Below the pieces are notes generated by a model that was not told where the DNA came from, did no database searches, and saw nothing but the letters and a program-made list of their open reading frames with translations. DNA of 64,000 nt, taken from assembly GCA_964234715.1 (NCBI GenBank), contig OZ174285.1. One strand, written 5' to 3'. The stretch is from Podarcis melisellensis. Lineage: Eukaryota. Shown here in pieces: positions 40,144 through 52,670 of the stretch. Made by a program: the position numbers and the translations under genes. Positions within the stretch are counted from its first letter, which is position 1, and every line of letters begins with the position of its first letter.

Positions 40144-40436
40144 GACTACCTCCTCTCGCAGGGAAGCATTAATCACTTCCCTGGCCCAGCCAGCTGTCCC
40201 CTCCCTGCTAGTTTTTACCAGCCAAGAGGGACAAGGGTCTAGAGCACAAATGATCGCCCTGACCAATCCAAGCACCTTGCCCATGTCCTTGAGCCTTACT
40301 AACAAACTCATCCAACATAACAGGACTAGACAGTGCTCTGGACACCTCAAGATTCATCTGATGTAACAGTGGAGTCAAGATCTCAGTGGATGCAAGCAAT
40401 TTTGTCTTAAAATGCTTTGCATACAAGTCACATCCA

Positions 40437-40448
40437 ATGATGATGATG

Positions 40449-40498
<50 letters not shown>

Positions 40499-40590
40499 TT
40501 AATTTCCATCTTGCCCATCTGGCTGGGTTTCCCCAGCCACTCTGGGCAGCTCTCAACATATTAAAAAACAAAACATCAAACATTAAAAAC
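40437..40590 (-). mobile_element. L2-type 3' end with (AAT)n tail, nested in the older L2
   Basis: (ATG)n(AAT)n repeat followed by gcccatctggctgggtttccccagccactctgggc. Confidence 0.65.
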
Positions 40591-41877
40591 AAAATGTCAC
40601 ATACAAGCAACAAACCAATAAATCAATAGAAACCAATAACAGCAATGATAACAATTAACAACAACAACAAACAGAGTTAGTGTTGATTCTACCACATCCA
40701 TAGATCAAGACTGTTAAAGGCCCTGTACTACCTGTAAAAGCTCTGCTGGCAGCAATGAAAGCTGCCTTCACTGCCACTAAGAAGGCTTGATGATGAACCT
40801 GCACCAGAGCTCAGTTGTATTTGACTGGGGTTTCCTCCAGTTGCATTCAAGCTGTCTTCCAGCTTGTCTCATTACCCTAAGTTCTGGAGTATACTGTTGA
40901 GTTAAGCAGGCTCCATGAAGCAGGAGAAGGGTGCTCAGGAGCAATAGTGTCAATGGCCTGAGTCAGTTGGATGTTCCAGAGTTTGACCAGGGCTTTGACA
41001 GGACTGCCAGTTATAGCATCCAGAAAAATCCCTGAGAGCATTCTGGAAACCAATTGGATCTATCAGCTTCTGAGGGCAGACCATCCTAGTAAGTCCCGTA
41101 CCTCTGCAGAGGGTAAGGGCGCTGAAAGCCTAAATCTTAACAGGAAGTGATCTGACCATGACAAGAGACTGATGTAAACATCCCCAACTTTCAGATCACT
41201 CTCTTCATGCCCAGTTGAGAAAACAAGGTCCAGAGTGTAGATTGCCGCATGCTTTGGGACGATGACATGTTGGGCCAGCCCCATGGTAGCCATGAAATCT
41301 GCCCTGATGCTGAACCAAGTAACAAACCCTGTGACATGGGGGGGGGGGCGACCTCAAGTGAATTGAAATAGTTGATCAAGATTGTTGGCTTCAATGCTTC
41401 ATTTACCAAGAGCCCAGGAAAGGTAGTTTGTGGATCATTTGTTGATTACTGAGGCTCCAAACATGGCTAGTTCAGTGGAAATGGTGTGGTATGTTGAACT
41501 AACCAAACAAAAGGAATAAACATGGTTTAGTATATATATATTCCTTGATGGTTCTTCTGACTCATTCCTTGTGCAGCTCTAAAAATTAGTAGCTAATACA
41601 TATTAATTAGTCCAGTGATTATTCCAGCTTCTAATAGTTTCCCCAAATTCATTTGCATCCTTCCTCACTATGAAATGTTAGACTAATGAATGAAGCAACA
41701 CAGATGATATATTCTAATCCAAGCCCAAAGTAATATGCTTCTGTCATCAGGCCATAACTGAAGTATCATTGAATAAAGAATATCCTATTGTCACTTGAAA
41801 GACCTCTGCATGAGGCTCAGACATCATGACTATGATGGAAAAGTTTGTTTTGCTGGACCGGTTGAATCAACAAGTGT

Positions 41878-41908
41878 TTCTTCTTCTTCTTCTTCTTCTT
41901 CTTCTTCT
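41878..41908. repeat. (CTT)n microsatellite
   Basis: Direct reading. Confidence 0.9.
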
Positions 41909-42309
41909 TTTCTTTCCCTGCCAGCAAATGGTTAATGAACAGCAGCCTCTGATTGGCCGTGGTTCCAGGAGGGAGAGTTTAAAAGGAGAGGATTTGAGGA
42001 GAAACAGGGAGTTAGGAATTGGGGGTTGGTTTTGGAGGGTTGGAATTGAGGTTGGAGAGGTTAGGAGATAGGGAGACAGGTTGAGGTATAAAGAGAGAAT
42101 GGGAGAAAGAGTTGGTTCTGGGTAGAAACATTCACTCTGACCGTACTGTGAAGGACAGAGTGTGGTGTCCTGTAGGAGGAATAGACCAGAATTTTACTGG
42201 GAGGCAGAGGTTGAGCCTTAGAAGTAGGAGCTGGAAAGGAGCAGCCTACTTGGGACTCAAATCTAGTCTGGAGGGGAGAGATTCTTCTAAGGAAAAGAAG
42301 AAACTCCCA

Positions 42310-42487
42310 AACCTGAAACTGTTCTTAACCTGAAGCACCACTTTAGCTAATGGGGCCTCCTGCCGCCGCCACGCCGCCGGAGCAAAATTTCTGTTCTCGT
42401 CCTGAAGCAAAGTTCTTAACCCGAGGTACTATTTCTGGGTTAGCGAAGTCTGTAACCTGAAGCGTATGTAACCCGAGGTACCACTAT
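42310..42487. mobile_element. Tigger-like MITE 3' portion
   Basis: Ends cgaggtaccacta, the same TIR family as 2725-2878; repeated taacctgaagc subterminal motif. Confidence 0.65.
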
Positions 42488-44010
42488 AAAGAGAGGGGGT
42501 GTGGCGAGCCCTTTGGTTTATTACTTAAAGTACCTCAGGAGCAAGAGTGTTAAAGGAGGTGGATAACTGAAAGAAAGTATCACTGTATAAAGGAACCAAA
42601 CCTATAACTCAAAAACCACTGAGGACGAATAAAGTAAAAATCGCACTGTATTCTTGAAGTAACCTAAGTATAATCCATGTGTGTTATATACTGTCTTGCC
42701 TTAAATAAATCTTTATTGTTTATTTAAGGAAAACTTACTAGTTATCCCCTCACAGAGGTCCCCTCTGCAGGATACTCTGGGCTAGAATTTTAAGAGGAAA
42801 GGAAAAGAAACCTTTGGGGAAAGGGTTGTTCAGTAAGGGGGGGCGTAATTTATCTGAGTGAGAGCGGGTCCACCAGTGTGAGAGGAAAAAGTGCTGACGC
42901 GCCTGTCACACAAGACTACTCAGAAAGTACAGTTTTTAAATGTCCTGTTTAAACAAGCTACTAAGAAGATAGCACCATTATTGAAACACTGATAATATTT
43001 AGCCTCAGATCTTATTTTCATCAAAAACTGGCCCCGTAGTATTATTACTTATTCAGCATCTGACTAATGAGTTGGATGAGAACAAATTGACTGTAGCTCC
43101 AATCAAACATGAGGGAATAGATGCTTGTTGGGAAGGGGAAACATTTTGGAGCGTGGAATAAATGCTATTTCAGAATCATTTTTGGAGCTGTAGGATTTTC
43201 TTTTACTTAAAATGGCTCATACTGTACAGTCAGACGGTTAAGCAGACCCGATGGTATTCAAATGTAGGCACCCATAATCCTCAGAACATGACAGCACCCT
43301 TTTGTAGAATAATCTAAGTTGATTCAAGGGTCCAGATCTTGGTAGAGACTACATTTTTGAGTGATTATTATTATTTATGAAATTAATTGAAAAACCTCCT
43401 AAAATGTATTCTGCATCGTATCTACATTTTTGAACTTTATCACTATTCTTAGCTTGTAATGAAGCAACTTGAAACACAATCTCTGCATGAGATAGAGGAA
43501 GGCACTTAGGACTAATTTCTTTCTGCATCAAGTGGCACAAATTTATGCATATTCATTGGCTCTGTCACCTGATTAAAGAAATGTTAATCAATTGCATGAG
43601 GATTAGTCAATCAGTTAATCTGATCTACATACACTTGTGCATCAGTAAAATAATAGCTTTCAGGGGGGAAAGCATGCATCCTGTGTTTTTAGATGATGAA
43701 TGCACATGTTATAGCAAGGACTATCTCAGGGTACTGCAGACCTACATATTTTTGGTGGTAAGATTGCTTTAAAAGTGCACTCATTATATTTCATTCATAC
43801 ATGTACTTTTTAAGGCTGAATTCAGGGAGGGAAGTTCTGGAAGTTGGAAGTATTTGTCTGAATCCAGCACTGATTGGCTGATACCTGTGACTGACTGATT
43901 TCATTTATATGCCGCTTTCCCACAACTGGCTGTGCCCAAAGTGACACAGAGCAGACACTCAAAACTTCAAAATACAGAGCATTGGAAATACAAATATGTG
44001 TATCTTCGAC

Positions 44011-44178
44011 AGCTGGGATACCTCAGCCGGTAGAGCACGAGACTCTTAATTTCAGGTGTGTGTGTGTTTGTGTGTCTGAGCCCCATTTTGGGCAAAATAT
44101 TTCAACACTGCAGGGGGTTGGACTAGATAACCCTCAAGGTCCCTTTCAACTCTAAAATTCTATGGTTCTATGATTCTC
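44011..44178 (+). mobile_element. tRNA(Lys)-like SINE with CR1-type tail
   Basis: Head ggatacctcagccggtagagcacgagactcttaat (box A plus CTT anticodon-like arm); tail ggggttggactagat...attctatggttctatgattct. Confidence 0.7.
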
Positions 44179-45369
44179 TGAAGTTAGTCCCTGGGACTTA
44201 CTCTTAGTTAAGTATGTTTTGGATCGCAGTGTAATTAACGAAATATTGTAGCCCCAGTATTTATGCAAATATCCTGCCAAAGCTCAATTCAGTATTTTTT
44301 TCTTTTTTACAAAAAGCTTTTTAATATAACACCTAGAGCTGTTTAAATGAATGTGGGTAAGTGAGAAGGGGTGAGCCTTAAATGTCCTCCTATGTGCCCT
44401 ATTGTATGGTAGAAATACTTCAAGTTCTGCTGCTCTTAAACATATATTAACTCTCACACAATTCTGAATAGCAGAGCAAAGTGACTGCTGCTGTCTCTTT
44501 AAGACCTTTGATCATTAGCCTTGCAATGACACCTAACTAACTAGAATCACTGCTTGAAAATTCACTCATGAATCATGACTTCAGCTAGACTCCAAGACCT
44601 TAGGTCTCCCTTGACCTTAAACACTTTCCTCAATGCCATTAAATAAATTAAATGTTTAAATTACTTATATTAGCTTTAATTATATAATTATAGAGTCAAT
44701 GAGAAATAAATCTGGAAAGGAGAGACTTTAATTTAAAGAACTAGCTTTAACTTTGAAGTGGATGAATGCTCTAGTAGAAAGAGTTGAAACAGCAGCTTGC
44801 TGATTTTTAGATTGGGTAGCAGACAAAGCTTACTTGAAATACCGTAACACATGATGACCATGTAAATCAGACTGCTGTCCAATTTGGTTTGTAGTAAACT
44901 CATTATTTGTAGAGAAGAGCCCAGGATGGTCTGACAGCTTTCCTGCTATATGGTAGTTGTGTTAAAAGTCAAGATGCTTCTCTGGGCTGGAAGCGGAAGC
45001 TGAGGGAGACTGGTGAGAGCACCTGCTTGCCCACCTTGGAGGAAACATCCCACTGCCTGCTGGCCTGGGTTGGAGCGGGCGTGAAGATGCCAGTGGCAGG
45101 GATGGCAGCAGCGAGTGGTGCCCTTGGCTACCAGAAGCTGCTGGAGCAGTGCCAGACTCAGGAGCTGGAGGCCCCTAGAGGAATAGCAACACCACCTGTT
45201 TATCCTAGCTTGATACTTTTTACATAATGACATGAACAATGCACAGTATTTGTGGGAAAGTCGAAATGCCTAACTATGAGCCACCTTGAAAACCTCTGAT
45301 ATGGCACATACAATGTAAAGAACACAGAGACATATAACAACTAAATATAATGACTATCAAGTTTGTATC

Positions 45370-45693
45370 CTGCCTTCCCAAGCTGGTGACCTCTAGATAA
45401 TATTGGACCACAACTGCCACCATCCCAGATTATTGGCTATGGTAACTGGGGCTGATAGAAGTTGTAATCCAGTGGTGTCCAAACTTTTTTCAAAGAGGGC
45501 CAGAAGGGCCAACCCAACCAAACTTCTTGAGCTTTTTTTAGGATTGGAGGAGTTGTTGAGCTTTTTTTTTGATTTTACCCCAGAAAATAAACTGCCACGG
45601 GGCACAGGGGCCCGATTAAACTAACCAGTAGTCCGGATTATGAATTGCCTGTTGTAATCGAACAACATCTGGGGGGTACTAGGTTGGGAAGGA
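45370..45693. mobile_element. Palindromic hAT MITE containing a second hAT element (45470-45651)
   Basis: Outer ends gccttcccaagct / aggttgggaagg; the inner element has an 8-bp TSD TTGTAATC (45462-45469, 45652-45659). Confidence 0.75.
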
Positions 45694-48099
45694 ATTATAA
45701 TCAAAGATGGGCAAAAGAATGTGACAACATATTTTTATTTAATTCATTCTCAGCCTGCCAGGCAATTCACTATGAAATTTAATTTAGATATGAAATTGAG
45801 TTGCTGTATGTACTCATAGCTGAACTGGAATATTACTGGGGAAGTTGATTTGATAAATGAGGATTTTTAAAACTTCATGTTTTAAATTCGTATGAAAATA
45901 ATAGGGTATTTTCCCCTGGAACAGTAGGTGCATATGTAATGCCCTATATAACTGCATTGCCTTACATGCCTCACCTCCAAATCACCTGCTTTTATAATTG
46001 TAGAGATAAGCATACAATTAGCATTTGGGGGGGGGGGCGTTGTGGCAGGAAGGCCAAGTCATTTAACTTCTCCTGTATTACTGAAACCATTTGCAGGCTC
46101 TTGGATGAAGGGTCAAGAACACAACAGCCAAAGATAGTGATGTAAAAGTGTTAACAGTTCATTCAAAATCCATAAAGAAACTAAAGGCACTATAAAGAGT
46201 TGAAATCCAGTCCAAACTATCTCATTGCAGGGCAGCCCAAACTTCAGGTTCAGACCATCTCATCACAGGGCAGCCCAGAATCAGTTTCATCCAAATTTTT
46301 AATGAACAGTTGATTTTGGTTGGTGTGCAAGTTCAACTTCACTGCCATTTAAATATTAATAACAATGTTGGCAGTTTTTTCATCAACCTCAAAGAGCATT
46401 CCCTGAATGCATAGTTTAGCATTAATCTACCCAGGAGGATGCCACCAGAAGCAGCATCCCTGTGGCAAGTTCATCACTCACACTTCAGTTGTAACATATG
46501 GCAAGTCATAGTACACAGATTACCTCTGTCACTCTAAGAGTTTGCAGGCTACCACTACACATTCCTGGTGACAGCTGTGTGGAGATTCTCTATGTGATTG
46601 TGGCCGTTCATGTGGTAGCAACTTTGGAATGTTACAGCTGGAGAGCTTTTCATAGATGTGCTGTTCTCATTTTGTGCCCAAGTAATTTAAAATAAAGTGC
46701 CTGTTACAGTTATTTTTCCATGTAAAATTTAGTAATCTTTTGTTAGAATGTTGAACAGGTCACACTGACATTTCAAATGTTACTTGTATAAGTGGGACTA
46801 TGAAAAAATATATAGCCAGTGTCCTCTTTCCGAAAATATAGCATGCGCCTTAGGAAAGCACACACTAAATGCAGCATGCACTAAATGCAAACTAAGTGGC
46901 ATAGGTCAATGGGAAAAGACAAAATAGTGGAGGAGTAAAGGAATTAGACCAAACAAGGATATTTAATGTACCGTATTCCCTCCAGAATAGCCTGCAATGT
47001 TAGAGAGGTTCATTGTGTGAGTTAAAGTCACTCTAGGGCAGTTCTAACTTGCATGACTAATATTTACTTAGCTGATCACCAAAGGTCTCACTGATCTTGG
47101 CAGCATTACAAGGCTTGTATTTTCCACACAGATGAACTGTTCTTGAACAATTTCTCCAATGAATTAGGCACAAATGTGCTTTACTTCAGCATCAGACATG
47201 CATGGCCATTCATTCTGCCAACCTTATTTCTCAAACAAATATGCTTATTCTGGCAAATACAGGCAAAGTTTGCTTTTGTATTTTTCTCCAGTAATTTCCT
47301 TAGGCAACAAACAAAAACATAAATATGTCATATTTGTGATGGTTCCAAGAGTTAATGCAAACAAACACCACTTTTGCTAAAAGTGCATTATTATGCAGTG
47401 AAGAACTGAAATGTAAATAATACATAATATATAAATATTTCAAATTAACATAGCAGAAACATAACTAAGGAACAGAAAGTGGAGGTGTCTCTTTGAATTC
47501 AAGCTGTGGGAGTTTGCCTTACTTTCTTTTCCTGAAATTCATTTCTTACCTACACCCTCCATTCCATTCATATGGCAATGTAACTGTTTGTATTAATGTT
47601 GTGCAACAAAACCTGTCTTCACAACTGCCAAAAGGCACATTTTATCACCTTGTGGGAGATAATCAAACAGTCCACATTATGATTAATACAATTAGAGAAA
47701 TATAATACAGAAATGTTGGGTGCTTTTGGTAGCAGAAGGAGGAATTCCATAAAAATAGAAATAAGAATAAGAAATAGTTATAGAGTCAGAATATTTTTCT
47801 GCTCCATGATAATGCCTTAGATTCAGACTTTGCTTCCTTAGGCAGGAGTACCCTCTAAGTAGAGTTCTGCTTGGGGAACACTCCTCCCAATAGAGGGGAG
47901 GAAGGCATCTTTTATTCATTCCCCACACTAAATCTTCTGGGGCATTGTGTGAGCTGGTTGTTGGAGGAGGAAGGGAGAATAGGCAAGAGTAGGACCCCTC
48001 TGCTTGATCAAAAGCTTTCCATGTATGGAAAAAGCCTTTCTGTTCATGGAAGGTGAAGTCTGGATCCAACCTAGAGTTTTTCTTCTGCCATGTTTATAA

Positions 48100-48235
48100 A
48101 TGCTGCACCTCAATCCTACTCCCTTAGCATTTTTCTAAACTAAAAAGCCCCAAATGTTGTAACCTTTCTTCATAGGGGAGTTGCTCTAACCTCTTAATCT
48201 TTTTTGCTGTCCTTTGCTGAACCCCCTCCAGCTCT
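48100..48235 (-). mobile_element. CR1 ORF2 C-terminal fragment
   Basis: The minus strand translates approximately to ELEGVQQRTAK..I..LEQLPYEERLQHLGLFSLEK. Confidence 0.7.
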
Positions 48236-50072
48236 ATTGTAATGTATTCCCATAGTTATTTAAAATTACCTCCCTCAGTCTTTTCTCAGTCTAAATTTCT
48301 CATTCAGTTTTCCCTTCCTTATTTGTGGATCTGCCTAAGTTCTCCTGTCTACACCAGAAAACAGTCTAATGGCTAGTTTGTATGTTTCCTTTAAGAAGAA
48401 ATCTGTTGTGACTATCCACTCTACTGGAACTCTAGAGCAGATGGTGGAATCCACAGTCACCCAGGGCATACAGAAAGAAGCCTGTCAGAGTTAGGTCTTT
48501 TTCTGCATGCCCAGAGTCCTTCTTTGAACTTCCCAATTTTGGCACCAGTAAGTATCAGTTTGGTACTGGATGTGGGCCTAGGAGATCTTGGATTAAATCC
48601 CAGATTTTGTATTTCGGCCTCAGAAGCTATATATAAAAATATGAACAGTAGGATTCTTCAAATATTTTCTATGAACAGGCAGAGATTGAGGCATTTTTCT
48701 AACAGACAAATGCTACATAATGTATTAAAGAATGACATCAAATAATAGCAGTACCAATGCCAAGTTGATGGGCTGAATATCTATGTCCCAAAATAGGCCT
48801 TGCCAAAGGGTCTGTGTGGAAAATTAAGAATAGTCAAGAAAGGTCAAGCTACCACCCTAATGTCCAAGAGAAATCTTTTACAGGCATTAGCCTGTATCTG
48901 TATAACTGCCGACTAGCCTGCAGCATCCCTGGTTCCTTTCATAAAGAGGATGTTCTGCAAAGACAGGGAGGAGTTTTATAAACTACAAAATGGTTGGTTG
49001 CTCACCAGATTACTTTTTTCTTCCCTCATCTCCTCTGTTTGCCTTTGAAATGTACAATAAAGTGTTTGATTTATAGAACATCCACGAGAGAATGGGACAG
49101 TTAATCTAAGTGGTCAGCAAAGACAGAGCAGGAATAAAGATGTTAAACTAAAGGAAAGAACATGTAGATTTCCTTACACCAGGAAACTTTAACAGTTAGG
49201 GAATGTATAAAGAATGGAGAAACAAGCTTTCAAAGGGCAGGAAACTTGAGAAATGTCCATGTTTTGGGATCAGTTCCAAAGACTGTTTTGCCTGGTTGCA
49301 GTCAACACAAATTCATATTTTCAGTGGATTTGCATGTCAGAATGGCTGTATAAATAGTTCAACCTATTCCAGACAACTCATCTCATTTGTCTTTATTCAA
49401 CCCTCTTTTTGAGGTTTTTACATGACAAAGTATTTAGCAATTTGGAACATTCACAAAATTCATTTCAGTACATGCAAATACGCAAAAAACTTTGGGTGTT
49501 TACTTTTCCATAGTAGTACATAACTCATAAAGTTCTTTCACAAAATCCGATATCTCTAAATCTACAGAAGGGAGATGATCAACCAATTCAAGACCGATAA
49601 TAATAAGATACACTACAAAGCTGAATGAGTTCATTTGGGTACCTTTGGCAAAGAACTTGTTCATTACTGTCACTAATGTATGTTGGAAGACATCTGATAT
49701 GAAGTTCATAATTGAAATGTTATGAACACTTCAACATATGGATCTTTCACATCCACTTAATTGCCAGTTTAGTAATAATTTTATGTAATGAGGAATTATT
49801 AATAATACGTGAAAAACTAAATTGACGTAATCACCAAAAAACCATAATATGACACTTGCAGTATAAAGGATGTTATAATTCCAGGTGTTTTCTGCTTTCC
49901 CCCCATAAAAATGTATGCCTGCATAACATTAAAATTCTTACATAGAATTGTTAGCTACTAATTCTCTTAAATCAATAACAGAGAGAGAGAGATTTGTTCA
50001 GTGTCAAAGTATTTTCTTTGTATGTAGTTATGCCTCAGAATATGAATATTATCATCTTGGAAGGGTGAGGAG

Positions 50073-50278
50073 CACTGGCGGAGGAAGAGGAGTGTGGGGG
50101 GAGCGCAGCACCCTGGCAGCGCGATCCCGGTGGGGTGCCATCGCGGCTGCTCCCCCGCCCGTGCTGGGTGCCATGCCCCTGCACGCGGCGTGCCACGTCC
50201 CTTGGCGGCGTGCCAGCCCGGCCCCCGCCTGCTCTCCGTCCCCCGGTGCTGGTGCCAGAGCATGAAGCTCCGCCACTG
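50073..50278. mobile_element. GC-rich hAT (Tip100-like) MITE
   Basis: TIRs cactggcggag / ctccgccactg; near-perfect 8-bp TSD GTGAGGAG / GTGAGGCG. Confidence 0.75.
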
Positions 50279-50817
50279 GTGAGGCGGTGAAAGTTAGGGA
50301 AGATGTGAGATCAGAAAAAGCTTGACTTGGCAGGTAGATTGTAGTGCAGTGCAGAGCATATGGGGAACTTACAGGAAGTCTTAACTTCTGAATATAGACA
50401 GGCTTTTTAATGGCATTATAAAAGCATTTCAATATACCAGAAATCCTATTTGATCTCAATTTCTGCAGCCAGTTTCTCTGAATATTGTAAAATGGAGTAC
50501 CATCTCTTATAGTAAGAAATACACATTATTTTCCTCAACTGAGGGGTGTGTGTGTATGAAGAATCCCATGTTTTAGGAAGGGACTAGTAAGATGTGACCT
50601 TGGATCTCTAGTACACGAATCTAGTACACAAATCCAATAATTGATCATTGGTATCAATCTGATGTTTAATATTGTACTTGGACCTTGTATTGTTACCATA
50701 GCAGTTATATTGAAGAGTATGTACCTTTTGGGATTTCTAGCTTCGGGTGAACTTTGGAATCATATTGCATGTTGTGTGGGGAATGGTTGTGTGTGCCCCC
50801 ATTATCATGAGTTCATT

Positions 50818-50937
50818 GGGTTGTAGTCAACTAATCTTTACTCAGAGTAGTTCCATTAAAATTAATAGACCAAAGTTAGTCATGGCCATTTGTTTCAGTG
50901 AGTCTACTCTGAGTAAAAGGTAGCTGAATACAACTCA
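50818..50937. mobile_element. Short palindromic non-autonomous DNA element
   Basis: gggttgta...tttactcagagtag / ctactctgagtaaa...tacaactc; related degenerate copies near 3030-3110, 3550-3640 and 20380-20560. Confidence 0.55.
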
Positions 50938-51145
50938 AAGCGTCTTCCATTTGTGGATGCCATGTGAGTGTTGTCACTGGTACAACCTCTGACTCACAGG
51001 TTTGGCAGTGTGTTTAAGAATGCTTGAGGAATGTCTGCCATTTCCCTACCATTTTGGAATTTTCCTAGTTACATTCCCTGCCCCCTGGCTGTGCTGGTAT
51101 AGGATATGGTAACTCTTCCATTTACGTATCTCTACCCCCAGTGTA

Positions 51146-51493
51146 GCGACGCGGGTGGTGCTGTGGGTTAAACCACAGAGCCTAGGACTTGCTGATCAGT
51201 AGGTCAGCGGTTCAAATCCCTGCGACGGGGTGAGCTCCCATTGCTCGGTCCCTGCTCCTGCCAACCTAGCAGTTCGAAAGGACGTCAAAGTGCAAGTAGA
51301 TAAATAGGTACCGCTCTGGCGGGAAGGTAAATAGCGTTTCCGTGCACTGCTCTGGTTCGCCAGAAGCGTCTTAGTCATGCTGGCACATGAGCTGTACGCC
51401 GGCTCCCTCAGCCAATAAAGTGAAATGAGAGCCGCAAACCCAGAGTCAGCCATGACTGGACCTAATGGTCAGGGGCCCCTTTACCTTTACCTT
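51146..51493 (+). mobile_element. Sauria SINE, full length
   Basis: Head gacgcgggtggtgctgtgggttaaaccacagagcctagg; tail (ccttta)n; 13-bp TSD TACCCCCAGTGTA (51133-51145, 51494-51506). Confidence 0.92.
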
Positions 51494-52593
51494 TACCCCC
51501 AGTGTAATTAGGGTATGAACTCATTATGATTAGGCCACCTTAAGACATTTGCTGTCTGACAAGATGGACGAGATGGCACCCACCCCCCGGGCACATACAG
51601 AAGCCAACTGGACTGGTAGTTTAATCTTACTCCAGTACTGCTGAAAGGACACTGTCTTCCACTATAGTGGAGGGCAGCAGGCGGTTGTAGGGGCCACCTG
51701 ACACAGCTCTGGCCACTCCCTGCATCTCAGCATCTGCTGCCCAAGGCAGCTACCTCACTCTTCATCATTGTAGGCCTGGAGCCGTGATTAGATAACGCAG
51801 ACAGTAAAATGAAGTAACAGCAGAACACATCAAAATGTAAAAAACAGACAAAAACAAAAACAAAAAACCACCTTGCCAAAGGCCCTCTAACTGTTTGCCT
51901 ACTTAGAAAGTCTCCAATGTTTTGGCATTATCGTTGATTTTTGTAGACATCTGTTCATTTGCTTTCAAGTGGTGTTAGAGCATCAGAGAGTGCTCTGACC
52001 AGTTTAAGGCCAAGTCTGAGCTGCTTAATGTGACTAGCTATCTCATTGTCAACTCACATGGCCGTTTTGTGCCTTCATACCATGACAACTCTGTCTTCTT
52101 TGTCTAAGGCTTTTGAGCTTTCAAAGTGTTCACTCTCATGGATCAAAGTTTAAGAGCTGTTCCACAGGTGTGTTCTATGGTGCATTACCTTGCTAGGCTT
52201 TGTGGTCTTTTTAAGATTGCTGCCTGTGAAGGAGTGTGATTGTTTAGTGGGGTGAAGAGATATGGAATTAAGCCACTATCTTTCCTATTGACAAGTCACC
52301 CACCCACCACACTTTAGCTTTAGGAAGGTGGCTGTTTCACATTCCTTCACCATTCTCTAGGGATGATGAGGGATATCTTCTAAAATTTGAGCAGTCTATT
52401 TAATGGCTGGCTCATATGTTCAAAGTGACTTCCATGTGATGCAGCCTGAATCTAATTAATGATCATGTGCCCATGATGACATTGGTTACTGGAGAACATG
52501 TGAATTGACACAATCATGAATTCAGTTGCAGTTATTAAGCAGATATATCTACAATTGTGACAACACTTTTTGAAACCAGTATACTTGTGGGAA

Positions 52594-52670
52594 GACAGAA
52601 GTGCCTGGCATCCTCTGGTCCATGGGGTCACGAAGAGTCGGACACGACTAAACGACTAAACAACAACAAC
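52594..52670 (+). mobile_element. RTE/BovB-type LINE 3' end, 77 nt
   Basis: gtccatggggtcacgaagagtcggacacgactaaacgact(aac)n; 13-bp TSD ATACTTGTGGGAA (52581-52593, 52671-52683). Confidence 0.85.

Larger units (their letters stand above)
39600..41310 (-). mobile_element. Degenerate L2-clade LINE ORF2 (endonuclease to RT) interrupted by younger insertions
   Basis: Minus-strand peptides TLDLVFS, SWSDHFLLRF, LDPCPSWLVK...INASL and ETDVLDPF. Confidence 0.75.

Noticed and set aside
44011-44090. tRNA gene candidates here and at 54995-55050
   Set aside because: Degenerate SINE heads with a broken cloverleaf or box B, followed by LINE-derived tails.
50073-50278. Apparent CpG island or promoter
   Set aside because: It is the GC-rich interior of a young MITE bounded by TIRs and a TSD.
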